64,000 nucleotides of DNA from a virus (Duplodnaviria > Caudoviricetes): the IMG/VR virus record IMGVR_UViG_3300027571_000004, positions 28,290-92,289 of that record; one strand, written 5' to 3'. Within the stretch, counting starts at the first letter, position 1. Each line of letters begins with the position of its first letter. Under the pieces are notes generated by a model. That model was not told where the DNA came from and did not search any database. It saw only the letters and a list, made by a program, of their open reading frames with translations. Made by a program: the position numbers and the translations under genes. Positions 29,929-40,397 of the stretch are shown in pieces.

Positions 29929-30461
29929 TGGCAACTGACGCAACACCAAACTCTTTTGCTATGAGTGCAACCGAGCAAGCATTAGCACAAGCAGCAATAA
30001 AAATAGCCACACCAGCCCTGGTAGCATTAGGCAGTCCAACTCTAAACATAGAGTACATGACAGACCTAATCTTTGAAGACATTGGTGGACAAGAACTAAT
30101 TAATATCTCAAGAGGAGATATTATTAATGGTCAAAATATCATGTACCAGCCAATTAAAAATTTGACAAATATTCTGTTCCAATATAATCCACAGAATATA
30201 TTAAAACTACAGGATACTTCAGCAACATACTTTAAGAATTTTCCAATAAGACTTGAAACCAAGATCCCCAATTGTGGAACTGGGTTTGCATATGTAAGTG
30301 GACAGAGGGTTGACAACTGCAAGATAGTTTATATGGACAAAGATCCAAACTCAATCACTTATGGAAGCATTATTATAGACTTAATCAATCTTCAATCAGA
30401 TGAACAGGTAGAAGTGCAGGTGTTGTCTTCAGGGGCAATACTTAGTGATACAATATACTAG
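29928..30461 (+). CDS. Minor tail protein (hypothetical)
   Basis: Coupled ORF within the tail module. Confidence 0.6.
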   Translation: MATDATPNSFAMSATEQALAQAAIKIATPALVALGSPTLNIEYMTDLIFEDIGGQELINISRGDIINGQNIMYQPIKNLTNILFQYNPQNILKLQDTSATYFKNFPIRLETKIPNCGTGFAYVSGQRVDNCKIVYMDKDPNSITYGSIIIDLINLQSDEQVEVQVLSSGAILSDTIY

Positions 30462-30470
30462 GGGAAAAAT

Positions 30471-31919
30471 ATGATAACTAACACTGGCAAAAGCATTATA
30501 GCAAAATACCTTGTGGGGCAGGCACCAGCCTATGCTTCTTACATTGCCATTGGCTGTGGGCCAATACCAATTAACTCAAATGCTACTCTGGGAGACTATT
30601 CTTCAAAAACTTCATTAGACTTTGAAATGTTTAGAGTTCCAATAACTTCACGAGGTTTTATCAATGAAGATGGAGTAAATAAAATTGTATTGACAGCAGA
30701 ACTACCCACAGAAGAAAGGTATGAAATTTCTGAGGTAGGACTATATTCTGCTGGATCAAACCCTTCAGTTGGAGCATATGACAGCAAGACTGTCTATATA
30801 TTTAATGATTCTGAAGGTTGGGAATATCACCCACAGAACAGTACGCCATCAACCATCTCTTCTATATTTGTTCCAATCGGAGGGGAGAGTGGATTAATCT
30901 CTGGAGAATATCCAATAAACACAACAACAAGAGCGTACGATTCTAACGGAACATTAACAAAACTACCCGTGTTTAAAACAAGCGCAGACAATAAAACTTT
31001 TACTGATGAGGTAAGAATTAACAGATATGAAAGATCTAGATTTTTAAATAGCGTAATTCTTATTCAAGGAGATAACTCAGGACTATCTGTTGAAGTAGAT
31101 GGAGGAATTAAAAGACTTAAGGTTCAGTCACAGTCAAACCACATTCACTTAACTGGAGCAAATTTAGACTTTAGCAAGAACGCCCCTTCAGATGAATTAA
31201 AACTAGCATTTTCTATAATAAGCAAAAGTCAACTAGTATCAGCACCAGCCCCAGATCGTGTTAGAATACTTTTTGAGTTTGCATCAAGTGATATTCATGG
31301 TGCAGGACAATGGGCAAGGTTTGAAGTAGACGTTGACGATACAGCCTTTGCAGCAACTAATCCAACAGAGGCATCAACAACTACTCATAACTTTACAACT
31401 AGCAGATATATTACAGTTGCTAAGCAACTACAAGATTTAAGAAAAAGTTCTGGGTTTACTTGGGCCGAAGTCGATGTAGCAAAAGTTTATGTTTCTGTAA
31501 TAAAAGGAACTGCTCTAGTTAGCAATAAAGCAGCAACTTCTACAACTGTAACTCTAACAACATCCGCAACACACGGATTTAGTGTTGGTGATCAGATACT
31601 TGTTAATGGATTAGGAAACTCTGCAAGGTTTGACGGATTGTTTTCAATTACTGAAGTTACACCTACTACTATCAAATATTTTAAAACAGGCTCAGTTGTT
31701 GCCTCAACTGCGGTTTCTCCAACAATAAGGATTGAATCTCCAAGTGATGACTACTATGTTGCTTTAGATGCATTTAGATTAGATAATAAATCACAAGCAA
31801 ACCCCCTATATGGACTTACTGGATATTCTGTTATAAAAAACACTGGGGCAAGAACAATAGTTAAAGATGCAAATACAACTAATTATGTTGAATTTAGATT
31901 TGGCATGGATGTAGTCTAA
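30471..31919 (+). CDS. Minor tail/baseplate protein
   Basis: MITNTGK...YIAIGCG...EISEVGLY resembles tail-collar/fibre-attachment N-termini; beta-sandwich insert near the C-terminus. Confidence 0.65.
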   Translation: MITNTGKSIIAKYLVGQAPAYASYIAIGCGPIPINSNATLGDYSSKTSLDFEMFRVPITSRGFINEDGVNKIVLTAELPTEERYEISEVGLYSAGSNPSVGAYDSKTVYIFNDSEGWEYHPQNSTPSTISSIFVPIGGESGLISGEYPINTTTRAYDSNGTLTKLPVFKTSADNKTFTDEVRINRYERSRFLNSVILIQGDNSGLSVEVDGGIKRLKVQSQSNHIHLTGANLDFSKNAPSDELKLAFSIISKSQLVSAPAPDRVRILFEFASSDIHGAGQWARFEVDVDDTAFAATNPTEASTTTHNFTTSRYITVAKQLQDLRKSSGFTWAEVDVAKVYVSVIKGTALVSNKAATSTTVTLTTSATHGFSVGDQILVNGLGNSARFDGLFSITEVTPTTIKYFKTGSVVASTAVSPTIRIESPSDDYYVALDAFRLDNKSQANPLYGLTGYSVIKNTGARTIVKDANTTNYVEFRFGMDVV

Positions 31920-32362
31920 TGGCAGACAGTGGCATCAAGAAAGCAATTATTTCAAAGGAAAAATTAGGAACAGTAATCGCGTCCAACGAATATGTTGTTC
32001 GATATAGAGTTGTTTCAGAAGATAAAAATAGGGCATCTCATTGGTCCCAAAACCATATTGTGCTTTCCACACCTATTGAGACTGTTCTTGGAAATGTAAG
32101 CATCTCAAAAGAGAGCGTAAGCGTAACCTGGCAAAACCCAATACAAAGACCAGAATTTGATGTTTTTGTAGGTTTCAATAATGTTAGCCCAACATGGCAT
32201 GGATCAACATTAACAAACACTTATCAGTTTATCAAAACAGGAACCCTGCCAGTAAGAGTCATAGTTCAGATAAAGTATACTGGCAATCTTAATAATGGTA
32301 TATTCTCTAAAGAACTAAACTCTGATTTAGCGGTATATGATTCTGGACAGGTTCTGGTATAA
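31919..32362 (+). CDS. Minor tail protein with FN3/Ig-like features
   Basis: YVVRYRVVSEDKNRASHWS and VSVTWQ. Confidence 0.5.
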   Translation: MADSGIKKAIISKEKLGTVIASNEYVVRYRVVSEDKNRASHWSQNHIVLSTPIETVLGNVSISKESVSVTWQNPIQRPEFDVFVGFNNVSPTWHGSTLTNTYQFIKTGTLPVRVIVQIKYTGNLNNGIFSKELNSDLAVYDSGQVLV

Positions 32363-32372
32363 TAGAATAACC

Positions 32373-32810
32373 ATGTCAATCATCCCATTACCAGAACGAG
32401 GCCAACCACTAGATGTGACCTACATCTATCAACTTGCTAGTGCAGTAAATCAGTTAGCAACAACTACTCCTGCTACAGATAAGCGTGTTCACATTAATAT
32501 AGGCGGTAGTGTAGACAATAAAAACATTAATGATTTAAGGATTGTGGCTTCCGAAGTTACAATTGCAAAGCAGACAACTACAGCAGGGGAAGAGTTCACA
32601 TTTCCTATCCCCTACCCATTTGAATTTAGACATAGACCAATCATAACTGCAACACCAGTAAACGTTAGAAATACTCCAGCAGGTAAAAATGTAACAGTTG
32701 TTCTTAATGATATAACTACATCTTCTGCTCAAGGAACTGTGCGATTTGGCACAAGCGGAGACCTATCTGTTGCCGTTCACATTCTTATAATGGGCATACC
32801 AAATCAATGA
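32373..32810 (+). CDS. Minor tail protein with C-terminal H-type-lectin-like fold
   Basis: YPFEFRHRPIITATP...VHILIMG pattern; TGGTATAAT promoter at 32355-32363. Confidence 0.5.
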   Translation: MSIIPLPERGQPLDVTYIYQLASAVNQLATTTPATDKRVHINIGGSVDNKNINDLRIVASEVTIAKQTTTAGEEFTFPIPYPFEFRHRPIITATPVNVRNTPAGKNVTVVLNDITTSSAQGTVRFGTSGDLSVAVHILIMGIPNQ

Positions 32811-32998
32811 TCAAGTGTATAAAATGCAGGTCCAGAATGTTTATTGATCGTCAATATAGTTCTGCTATGCACCTAGAAATGTATTGTTTGTATTGTGGAT
32901 CAAGAAGATTTTTTAATCCACCTCAAAGTACTGCGGAGGGTAGATGGCTACTAAAAAAGGAACAATTGAGAGCGAAGGCTACAATCTCCTCCCTATAA
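32807..32998 (+). CDS. Small zinc-ribbon protein
   Basis: CIKC...CLYCG; ATGA overlap. Confidence 0.6.
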   Translation: MIKCIKCRSRMFIDRQYSSAMHLEMYCLYCGSRRFFNPPQSTAEGRWLLKKEQLRAKATISSL

Positions 32999-33486
32999 TT
33001 CCAGGGAATAAAAAAGTTTGGTTTTTAAATGGTAGTCTTGTTAGAATCCATCACTTAAATAAATCTAACGGAATAATGTCTGTTTATAATATTACTAATG
33101 ATCAAATTGAAAGTTGTTTAATTAGTGATTTTAAAAATAAAAGAGAACGAGCATACACCGTAGGGCAGACTGCTGATTTAGTTAATCGTCACAAAAAGTA
33201 TATGCCATCACTAATGAAACGAGGAGTCATCCCATTTCCAACGGGATCTCAAAAGGGTGGGGCTAGAGGATTTCAAATAAGATCATACTATTCAGAATCA
33301 CAGGTAAGAGCCATACGTGATATACTTGCTTCATACCATATTGGTAGACCAAGAAAAGATAAATTAATAACAAATGATATTACGCCTAGCAAACAAGAGT
33401 TGACACGTAGAATGGGCGATGGTATACTTACATATACGAGAACTGAAGATGGTCGATTCATTCCAATCTGGTCTGAATCTATTTAA
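32944..33486 (+). CDS. Putative MerR-like HTH DNA-binding protein
   Basis: YTVGQTADLVNRH...RGVIP...RSYYSESQV is a MerR/Xis-like pattern; SD GGAGG. Confidence 0.65.
   Translation: MATKKGTIESEGYNLLPIIPGNKKVWFLNGSLVRIHHLNKSNGIMSVYNITNDQIESCLISDFKNKRERAYTVGQTADLVNRHKKYMPSLMKRGVIPFPTGSQKGGARGFQIRSYYSESQVRAIRDILASYHIGRPRKDKLITNDITPSKQELTRRMGDGILTYTRTEDGRFIPIWSESI
33400..33428 (+). promoter_or_regulatory. Consensus promoter TTGACA-17-TATACT (extended TG) inside a CDS
   Basis: TTGACA 33400-33405, TG 33420-33421, TATACT 33423-33428; upstream of the replication genes. Confidence 0.75.
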
Positions 33487-33494
33487 CGAAGGGT

Positions 33495-33707
33495 ATGAAG
33501 ATGGAAAATGATTTAACTAAGGTATCTGTAACACTGGGGTACACACTTAACCTAGGAAACTTTCAATCACTAAGACTTGATCTTGGTATTGTAGATTCTA
33601 AGCGTGGTGACGAAAGCACAAACGATGCGTTTGAGCGTGTTTATAAATTTGTTGAAGATAAACTTGCTGAAAAGATTAACGAAGCAAAGTCTGAAATCAA
33701 CGAGTAA
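33495..33707 (+). CDS. Hypothetical protein
   Basis: Coupled ORF with LGYTLNLGNFQSLRLDLG. Confidence 0.7.
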   Translation: MKMENDLTKVSVTLGYTLNLGNFQSLRLDLGIVDSKRGDESTNDAFERVYKFVEDKLAEKINEAKSEINE

Positions 33708-34015
33708 TGGCCGAACGCAAAGACCGAATGGCTTTGCTTTCACGCTACAGTAAACACCATACTGCAAAGTATGAGCAAAAGCCATCACTAAATTTAAATG
33801 TAGAACAATGGGCAGCAGATGCCCTTATAGAGTCCTACGGCATGCCAATGCTGTATGATTTGCTAGAGCACTATTTTAATGTAGCACAGACACCTACTTG
33901 GAATTATTTTGCATACAATGCAGAAAAAATATTGCAGGCACAAAGAGATAAACAACAAGATGACAAAGAGAGAGCAGAGCGTAGACGAATGGCAAAGGAG
34001 TGGCTAAGTGAATAA
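33707..34015 (+). CDS. Hypothetical protein (possible helicase loader/initiator)
   Basis: Directly upstream of and overlapping dnaB; function inferred from position only. Confidence 0.55.
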   Translation: MAERKDRMALLSRYSKHHTAKYEQKPSLNLNVEQWAADALIESYGMPMLYDLLEHYFNVAQTPTWNYFAYNAEKILQAQRDKQQDDKERAERRRMAKEWLSE

Positions 34016-35231
34016 TACAGAAGCAAAATTAATCTCTGCAGTCCTTAACGATAAGCAGGTTCACGTTCTTCTCCAAGCAAATGTGGATAACTTACTAAGA
34101 ACCCACAACGATGTTTGGAACTTTATAAGAAACTATTTTGAGCATAATAAGTCTATTCCACCACTCGATCTTGTTGTAGACAAGTTTAGAGATTTTCAAC
34201 CCATTGATGGAGTCGGTGCAACAAAACATCATCTTGAAGAGTTACAGTCAGAGTACCTCACTGATAGCCTAAAAGATATTATCCGAACTGCAGCAACCGA
34301 GATTCAGACTGGTAATGGTGGGGAGGCTCTTGACCAACTCATTACTAAGACATCTGAGTTAAAGAAAAACACTTCAGCAATCCGTGATATTGATGTAACT
34401 GATCTTCAGTCCGCAATAGCGTACTTTGAAAATTTAAAAGAGCAACAGGCTCTAGGTCATGTTGGAATTAAAACCAACCTACCAGGATTTGATAACTACC
34501 TACCCTCTGGAATTATGCCAGGGCAGTTAGGAGTCTTCTTAGCATACCCAGGTATAGGAAAGTCATGGATGGCTCTATACTTCGCTGTACAGGCCTGGAA
34601 ACAGGGTAAGACACCCCTTGTAATCTCCCTTGAGATGTCAGAGACAGAAGTTCGTAACCGTGTATTTACAATCATGGGTGAAGGCTTGTGGTCTCATAGA
34701 AAACTCAGTAATGGTGAGATTGAAGTGGAAACCCTAAAGATGTGGCATGCTAAACATCTACAAGGTAAGCCAGAGTTTCACATTATTTCAAATGACCAAG
34801 GTGGCGAGATTAACCCCTCAGTCCTTCGTGGAAAGATTGATCAGTACAAGCCAGACTTTGTAATCGTTGACTACCTTCAGTTGATGGCTCCCAATCAGAA
34901 GTCAGATAATGAAACGGTACGAATGAAGAACCTTTCAAGAGAACTTAAACTAATGGCTATTGGCGAAGAGGTTCCTATTATTGCTATCTCCTCTGCCACA
35001 CCAGATGATGTTAATGATCTTAGTGGGGTTCCTACTCTTGGTCAGACTGCTTGGTCTAGACAGATTGCTTATGATGCTGACTGGGTTATTGCCCTAGGCC
35101 GTGCAACAAATAGTGATATCATTGAATGTGCTTTCCGTAAAAACCGTAATGGTTTTATGGGAGACTTTCTAGTCCAAGTCGATTTTGACAAGGGATACTA
35201 CAGATATAAAGACTTTGAGGATAAAAATTGA
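34008..35231 (+). CDS. dnaB: DnaB-like replicative helicase
   Basis: Walker A AYPGIGKS, SLEMS, VIVDYLQLM, DADWV and KNRNG. Confidence 0.95.
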   Translation: MNNTEAKLISAVLNDKQVHVLLQANVDNLLRTHNDVWNFIRNYFEHNKSIPPLDLVVDKFRDFQPIDGVGATKHHLEELQSEYLTDSLKDIIRTAATEIQTGNGGEALDQLITKTSELKKNTSAIRDIDVTDLQSAIAYFENLKEQQALGHVGIKTNLPGFDNYLPSGIMPGQLGVFLAYPGIGKSWMALYFAVQAWKQGKTPLVISLEMSETEVRNRVFTIMGEGLWSHRKLSNGEIEVETLKMWHAKHLQGKPEFHIISNDQGGEINPSVLRGKIDQYKPDFVIVDYLQLMAPNQKSDNETVRMKNLSRELKLMAIGEEVPIIAISSATPDDVNDLSGVPTLGQTAWSRQIAYDADWVIALGRATNSDIIECAFRKNRNGFMGDFLVQVDFDKGYYRYKDFEDKN

Positions 35232-35252
35232 CATAAGTAGTTATAATATGAT

Positions 35253-35579
35253 GTGCCTAATTATCACCATAAGCCAATTAAGAAGTTCTCTTTAGATGGA
35301 GTCATCCATGATGAAGCCTCTATTGGAAGATTAAAGATTGAATATATTAGGCTAGTAGTATCAGAAATGAGATTAAATGGATATGTGCCAAGGTTTGACA
35401 TAGATCCAGATTTTACGATAGACTATAATGAAGTAAAGAAAAGTTTTTATTTTGCATTGACAGTACATGGAGTTCACGTAGGGAAAAGGAAAAGCGAATG
35501 GATATCAGGAATAGACGGCACCAAACCAATCTATATACAAAAGAGCAAATCAAAAGAGTCATTACAGGCTCAGGTCTAA
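35253..35579 (+). CDS. Hypothetical protein
   Basis: GTG start 5 nt after TATAAT (35242-35247); overlaps the primase start. Confidence 0.65.
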   Translation: MPNYHHKPIKKFSLDGVIHDEASIGRLKIEYIRLVVSEMRLNGYVPRFDIDPDFTIDYNEVKKSFYFALTVHGVHVGKRKSEWISGIDGTKPIYIQKSKSKESLQAQV

Positions 35580-36442
35580 CTATTGAGTCAGAGGTCGACT
35601 CTGATTATATTCTTTTTTGCCCATTCCATAATAATAACCGTACGCCTGCAGGAGAAGTAGATAAAAATAACGGAACCTTCTTTTGTTTTTCTTGTCATAA
35701 AATTGCAGACCTAATTGAATTAGTAATGCACACAACTGGCAGAACCTACTTTGAGTCTATTAGGTTTATTAAGAATAAAGAAACCCAGATGGATCTGGAA
35801 AAAGAAATTAACAAGCAACTATTCACAAAGCCAGAGTTTGTTCCGTTTGATGAGTTAATTCTAAAAAGACTTTACAACAACCTTGTAACATCTGAAAGAG
35901 CAAAAGATTATTTTAGATATCGCAAACTAGAAATTTCTTCTTGGGCCAAGTTCTCTTTAGGCTATTCAGAAAAACAAGACATGGTCACTGTTCCAGTTCA
36001 CAGTCCAGATGGAATTCCTTTAGGCTTTGTAGGCAGATCAGTTGAGGGCAAAGAGTTTAAAAATACCCCAGGACTTCCAAAATCAAAAACATTATTTAAT
36101 TTACACAGAGTAAAGACAGCAGATAAGGTTTATGTGGTAGAGTCATCTTTTGATGCTATCCGACTAGACCAGTGTGGATTCCCAGCGGTAGCAACACTTG
36201 GATCTAATGTATCCAATATACAAATAGAATTGCTTCAAAAATATTTCAATAACATTATTGTTGTTGCAGATAATGATGAGGCAGGAGGAAATATGAAAAC
36301 TAAGATAGTTGAAAAACTAGGTTCTCGTGTATCCGTTATCAAACTAGATAAACAATATAAAGACATTGGCGATATGGGTGATGAAGAAATAAAGAAGTTA
36401 GACTTCCAGTTTGACAAATCCATACAGTCTATGCTAAACTAA
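35498..36442 (+). CDS. dnaG: DNA primase (CHC2 zinc finger plus TOPRIM)
   Basis: CPFH...CFSC, FVGR, VESSFDA, ATLGS, DNDEAG and KDIGD. Confidence 0.93.
   Translation: MDIRNRRHQTNLYTKEQIKRVITGSGLTIESEVDSDYILFCPFHNNNRTPAGEVDKNNGTFFCFSCHKIADLIELVMHTTGRTYFESIRFIKNKETQMDLEKEINKQLFTKPEFVPFDELILKRLYNNLVTSERAKDYFRYRKLEISSWAKFSLGYSEKQDMVTVPVHSPDGIPLGFVGRSVEGKEFKNTPGLPKSKTLFNLHRVKTADKVYVVESSFDAIRLDQCGFPAVATLGSNVSNIQIELLQKYFNNIIVVADNDEAGGNMKTKIVEKLGSRVSVIKLDKQYKDIGDMGDEEIKKLDFQFDKSIQSMLN
36411..36440 (+). promoter_or_regulatory. Promoter TTGACA-18-TAAACT (extended TG) in the primase 3' end
   Basis: TTGACA 36411-36416 and TGCTAAACT 36432-36440; upstream of the SSB gene. Confidence 0.7.
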
Positions 36443-36467
36443 TACAAACAACACAAAGGAGAAATAT

Positions 36468-37121
36468 ATGAGCGTAATTAAGGGATTAAAAGATATCAAC
36501 GCCCTGCTCGAAAAACCAAAGTATGAAGGAACAGGACAAAAAGTTCGTTGGGTCAAGTTGGCTGACGGACAATCTGCAAAGGTTCGCTTTGTAGAAGAAC
36601 TAGATCAGGACTCAGCACACTACGCAGAGGCCCGTGGTCTTTCGGTTGTAGTTTCAGAACACACAAATCCAAAGGACTATAAGCGCAAGGCTGCTTGTAC
36701 CCAAGATTCAGAAGGCCGTTGCTTCGGCTGTGAAATGGCTCGTAAGGAACCAAAGTCTGGCTGGAGAGCACGACTTCGTTTCTATTGCAATGTCCTTATC
36801 AATGACGGAACAGAAGATGCTTACATCGCTGTTTGGTCACAAGGCATTTCAAAGCAGTCAGCATTCAACAACATTCGTGAGTATGCACTTGACACAGGTA
36901 GCATCTCAAACCTAGAGTGGAAGTTAAAGCGTAATGGTCAGGGAACTGAAACCAACTACACACTTCTACCATCAAAGCCAGATGCAGAACCATTTGCATG
37001 GGATGGCTTTGAATACTTCAACCTAGAAAAGGTTGTTCGTGAAGTTCCATATCCAGAGCAAGAAGCATTCTACTTTGGGTTTGACACTCCATCTGTTACC
37101 AGCACAAATATTGACTGGTAA
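36468..37121 (+). CDS. Single-stranded DNA-binding protein (gp32-like)
   Basis: Zn-type H..C..CFGC, RFYCNV, KLKRNGQGTETNY, terminal IDW; between primase and polymerase; SD AAGGAG. Confidence 0.75.
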   Translation: MSVIKGLKDINALLEKPKYEGTGQKVRWVKLADGQSAKVRFVEELDQDSAHYAEARGLSVVVSEHTNPKDYKRKAACTQDSEGRCFGCEMARKEPKSGWRARLRFYCNVLINDGTEDAYIAVWSQGISKQSAFNNIREYALDTGSISNLEWKLKRNGQGTETNYTLLPSKPDAEPFAWDGFEYFNLEKVVREVPYPEQEAFYFGFDTPSVTSTNIDW

Positions 37122-37124
37122 TTG

Positions 37125-40100
37125 ATGAACTACGTAGGCTTACACGTACACACCCATTACTCCCTCTTTGACGGGATCGCTACTCCAGAAGAATACATTG
37201 ACCGTGCAGTTGCGTTAGGGATGCCAGCCATTGCCATCACTGACCACGGTACTTTATCTGGGCATAGGGAACTGCATCGTATTGCAAAAGCGAAGGGTAT
37301 TAAGCCTATACTTGGTGTAGAAGGCTATATGTGTCAAGATAGATTTGATACTAGAGACAAGTCTGAAAGAGACGGGGATCTAGATTTAATTTATAACCAT
37401 ATAGTCCTTCTCGCCAAGAACCAAATTGGTCTAGAAAACTTAAACAAGATTAATGAGATTGCGTGGACAGAAGGATTTTTTAAGAAGCCTAGGTTTGACT
37501 TTGAGATTCTTGAGAAGTATGCAGAAGGCATAATTGTAACTTCTGCATGTCCTAGCAGCGTACTAGTCAAGGCTCTTGAAAATAACGAGTTTGCCGTTGC
37601 TAAAAAGCATATTGAATGGTTTAAGCGAGTATTTAATGATGACTACTACATTGAGGTAATGCCTCACAACCCTGCAGAAATTAACAAACAACTAATTGCA
37701 CTAGCAGATGAGTTTGGCGTACAGGTTGTAGTTACCCCTGACTGCCACCACAGTTCAACAGATCAAAAAGAAATTCAGGAGTTTAAACTACTTCTGAATA
37801 CTCACGTCAAGATTGACAAAGAGCATACTTTTGAAAAGTCTAAGAAGCACCCAGACATGATGAAGCGCCTAGACTATCTATATGGGGAAGACCGTCAGAT
37901 TACATTTAATAAGTTTGACATTCACCTTCTTTCCTATGAAGAGATGAAGTCTGCTATGGAAGCACAAGGCATTGATCGTCCAGACATTTATTCCAACACA
38001 ATATCTATTGCAGATAAAGTCGGGGACTATGGAATTCAAGAAGGAATGGATCTACTACCAGTACAATATAAAAACCCAGATAAAGAATTAAAGACTCTTG
38101 CTATTGAAGGCTTGACAGAGCGTGGTCTTGAAAATAATAAAGAGTATCTAGATAGACTAGATGAAGAACTCAAAGTAATTAAAGATAAAAAGTTTGGTCC
38201 ATACTTCTTGGTTGTTCGTAGCATGATTGCTTGGGCAAAGAAAGAAGGAATTATGGTAGGTCCAGGTCGTGGTTCTGCTGCTGGATCATTACTATGTTAC
38301 ACATTGGGAATTACAGACATTGACCCAATCAAGCACAAACTTCTGTTCTTTCGTTTTATTAACCCAGACCGTAATGACTTCCCTGATATTGATACTGATA
38401 TTCAAGATAACCGTCGTGAAGAAGTTAAAGATTATCTTGTTAGACAGTATAAGCATGTTGCGTCTATTGCTACTTTCCTTTCTTTTAAAGACAAGGGTGT
38501 AGTTCGAGATGTTGCACGAGTATTAAACATTCCGCTAACAGATGTTAACAAAGTTTTAAAAATGGTTGACACTTGGGAAGACTATTGTAGTTCTAAATCA
38601 ACAAGAGAGTTTCGTGAGAAATATCCAGAGGTAGAAATTTATGGAGAGCAATTACGTGGTCGCATTAGGGGTACTGGTATTCACGCTGCAGGAGTTGTTA
38701 CTAGTAAAGATCCAATCTTTAGGTTTGCGCCGATGGAGACTCGTTCTTCTACTGGATCTGACGATAGGATTCCAGTGGTTGCAGTCGATATGGAAGAGGC
38801 TGAGCGCATTGGCTTAATTAAGATTGATGCTCTTGGTCTTAAAACATTATCTGTTTTACAAGATGCTATTCAGATTATTAAAGAGCGTGATGGAAAGACT
38901 ATTGATCCATTAAATATTCCTATGGATGATGCTAATGTATATCAGATGCTTTCTGACGGATATACAAAGGGTGTGTTTCAGTGTGAAGCAGCACCATACA
39001 CAAACCTACTGGTTAAAATGGGTGTAAAGAACCTTGCCGAGTTAGCAGCATCAAATGCATTAGTTCGTCCAGGTGCTATGAATACAATTGGAAAAGATTA
39101 TATTGAGCGTAAACATGGTCGTCAAAACATTGGGTATACTCATCAAGTACTAAAAGAATTTACGGAGGAAACCTATGGTTGTATTCTTTACCAGGAACAA
39201 GTTATGCAAGCATGCGTATCGCTTGGCGGTATGTCCATGTCGGAAGCGGATAAAGTTAGAAAGATCATTGGAAAGAAGAAGGATGCTAAAGAGTTTGATG
39301 TATTCAAAGACAAATTTGTCAATGGTGCTTCTGCCTATATTAGTCCCAATTCGGCTCGTGATCTATGGCATGACTTTGAAGCGCATGCAGGATACTCGTT
39401 CAACAAGTCTCATGCGGTTGCTTACTCTACGCTCTCGTATTGGACGGCGTGGCTAAAGTATCATTATCCATTAGAGTTTATGTACTCACTACTAAAAAAT
39501 GAAAAGGACAAAGATGCACGTACTGAATACCTTATTGAAGCAAAGAGAATGGGGATTAGTGTTAAACTTCCTCACATTAATGATTCGGATATCGACTTTA
39601 AAATTGAAGGAAAGGGCATTCGTTTTGGTTTGTCGGGCATTAAGTTCATATCTGACAAAATCGCAGAGAGGTATATTTCTGCTAGACCCTTTAATTCGTA
39701 TGCTCAGTTGGAAGAGTTCACGTTTACAAAAGGAAATGGTGTCAACTCTAGAGCGCTGCAAGCGCTTCGAGTTATTGGCGCAGCCACATTTAATGACCAA
39801 CCAAGAAACGAAAACGAAATAAAAGAAAATCTATACGAGTATCTAAATTTACCAGAGTTTAATCTTTCTGTTCCTTCTCACTATCATGCTTGGATTACAC
39901 AGAATGAAGACTATGAAGAAAAAGGTTCTTTTATTCTTATGGGTATGGTAAAGAGTATTAAGAGGGCCACGGGATGGTCAAGAGTAGAAGTTCTTGACAA
40001 GACTGGAAGCGTAGGTATCTTTGATGATGAGAATACTACCATTGAAGCAGGTACATCATATATCATTCTTGCTAATGACAACAGGATTCTTTCTGCTGTC

Positions 40101-40397
40101 CCTGTTGATCAGATAAAGGGTTCAGATAGTGCTCTTATTAAGTTCTTGAATTATAAGATGCTTCCATACAAAGATGATGACATGTTTGTGGTATCCTTTA
40201 AACCAAGGATTACAAAAACAGGAAAGAAGATGGCTTCACTTACACTTGCAGATTCTTCAAGGGATTTGCACTCAGTCACCGTATTCCCTACAACGTTTGC
40301 CAAAGCGTATATGAAACTTGAAGAAGGACATGTATATAAGTTTAGTTTTGGAAAGACTAAGGATGGCACAGTAATATTGGAGGATATCAATGCTTGA
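37125..40397 (+). CDS. dnaE: DNA polymerase III alpha subunit (family C)
   Basis: PHP HVHTHYS/TDHG, GPGRGSAAGS, PDIDTD, GIHAAG, KIDALGL, YSFNKSHA. Confidence 0.97.
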   Translation: MNYVGLHVHTHYSLFDGIATPEEYIDRAVALGMPAIAITDHGTLSGHRELHRIAKAKGIKPILGVEGYMCQDRFDTRDKSERDGDLDLIYNHIVLLAKNQIGLENLNKINEIAWTEGFFKKPRFDFEILEKYAEGIIVTSACPSSVLVKALENNEFAVAKKHIEWFKRVFNDDYYIEVMPHNPAEINKQLIALADEFGVQVVVTPDCHHSSTDQKEIQEFKLLLNTHVKIDKEHTFEKSKKHPDMMKRLDYLYGEDRQITFNKFDIHLLSYEEMKSAMEAQGIDRPDIYSNTISIADKVGDYGIQEGMDLLPVQYKNPDKELKTLAIEGLTERGLENNKEYLDRLDEELKVIKDKKFGPYFLVVRSMIAWAKKEGIMVGPGRGSAAGSLLCYTLGITDIDPIKHKLLFFRFINPDRNDFPDIDTDIQDNRREEVKDYLVRQYKHVASIATFLSFKDKGVVRDVARVLNIPLTDVNKVLKMVDTWEDYCSSKSTREFREKYPEVEIYGEQLRGRIRGTGIHAAGVVTSKDPIFRFAPMETRSSTGSDDRIPVVAVDMEEAERIGLIKIDALGLKTLSVLQDAIQIIKERDGKTIDPLNIPMDDANVYQMLSDGYTKGVFQCEAAPYTNLLVKMGVKNLAELAASNALVRPGAMNTIGKDYIERKHGRQNIGYTHQVLKEFTEETYGCILYQEQVMQACVSLGGMSMSEADKVRKIIGKKKDAKEFDVFKDKFVNGASAYISPNSARDLWHDFEAHAGYSFNKSHAVAYSTLSYWTAWLKYHYPLEFMYSLLKNEKDKDARTEYLIEAKRMGISVKLPHINDSDIDFKIEGKGIRFGLSGIKFISDKIAERYISARPFNSYAQLEEFTFTKGNGVNSRALQALRVIGAATFNDQPRNENEIKENLYEYLNLPEFNLSVPSHYHAWITQNEDYEEKGSFILMGMVKSIKRATGWSRVEVLDKTGSVGIFDDENTTIEAGTSYIILANDNRILSAVPVDQIKGSDSALIKFLNYKMLPYKDDDMFVVSFKPRITKTGKKMASLTLADSSRDLHSVTVFPTTFAKAYMKLEEGHVYKFSFGKTKDGTVILEDINA

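Noticed and set aside
35228-35247. TTGACA plus TATAAT as a single promoter
   Set aside because: Spacer is only 8 nt; only the -10 box is credible.
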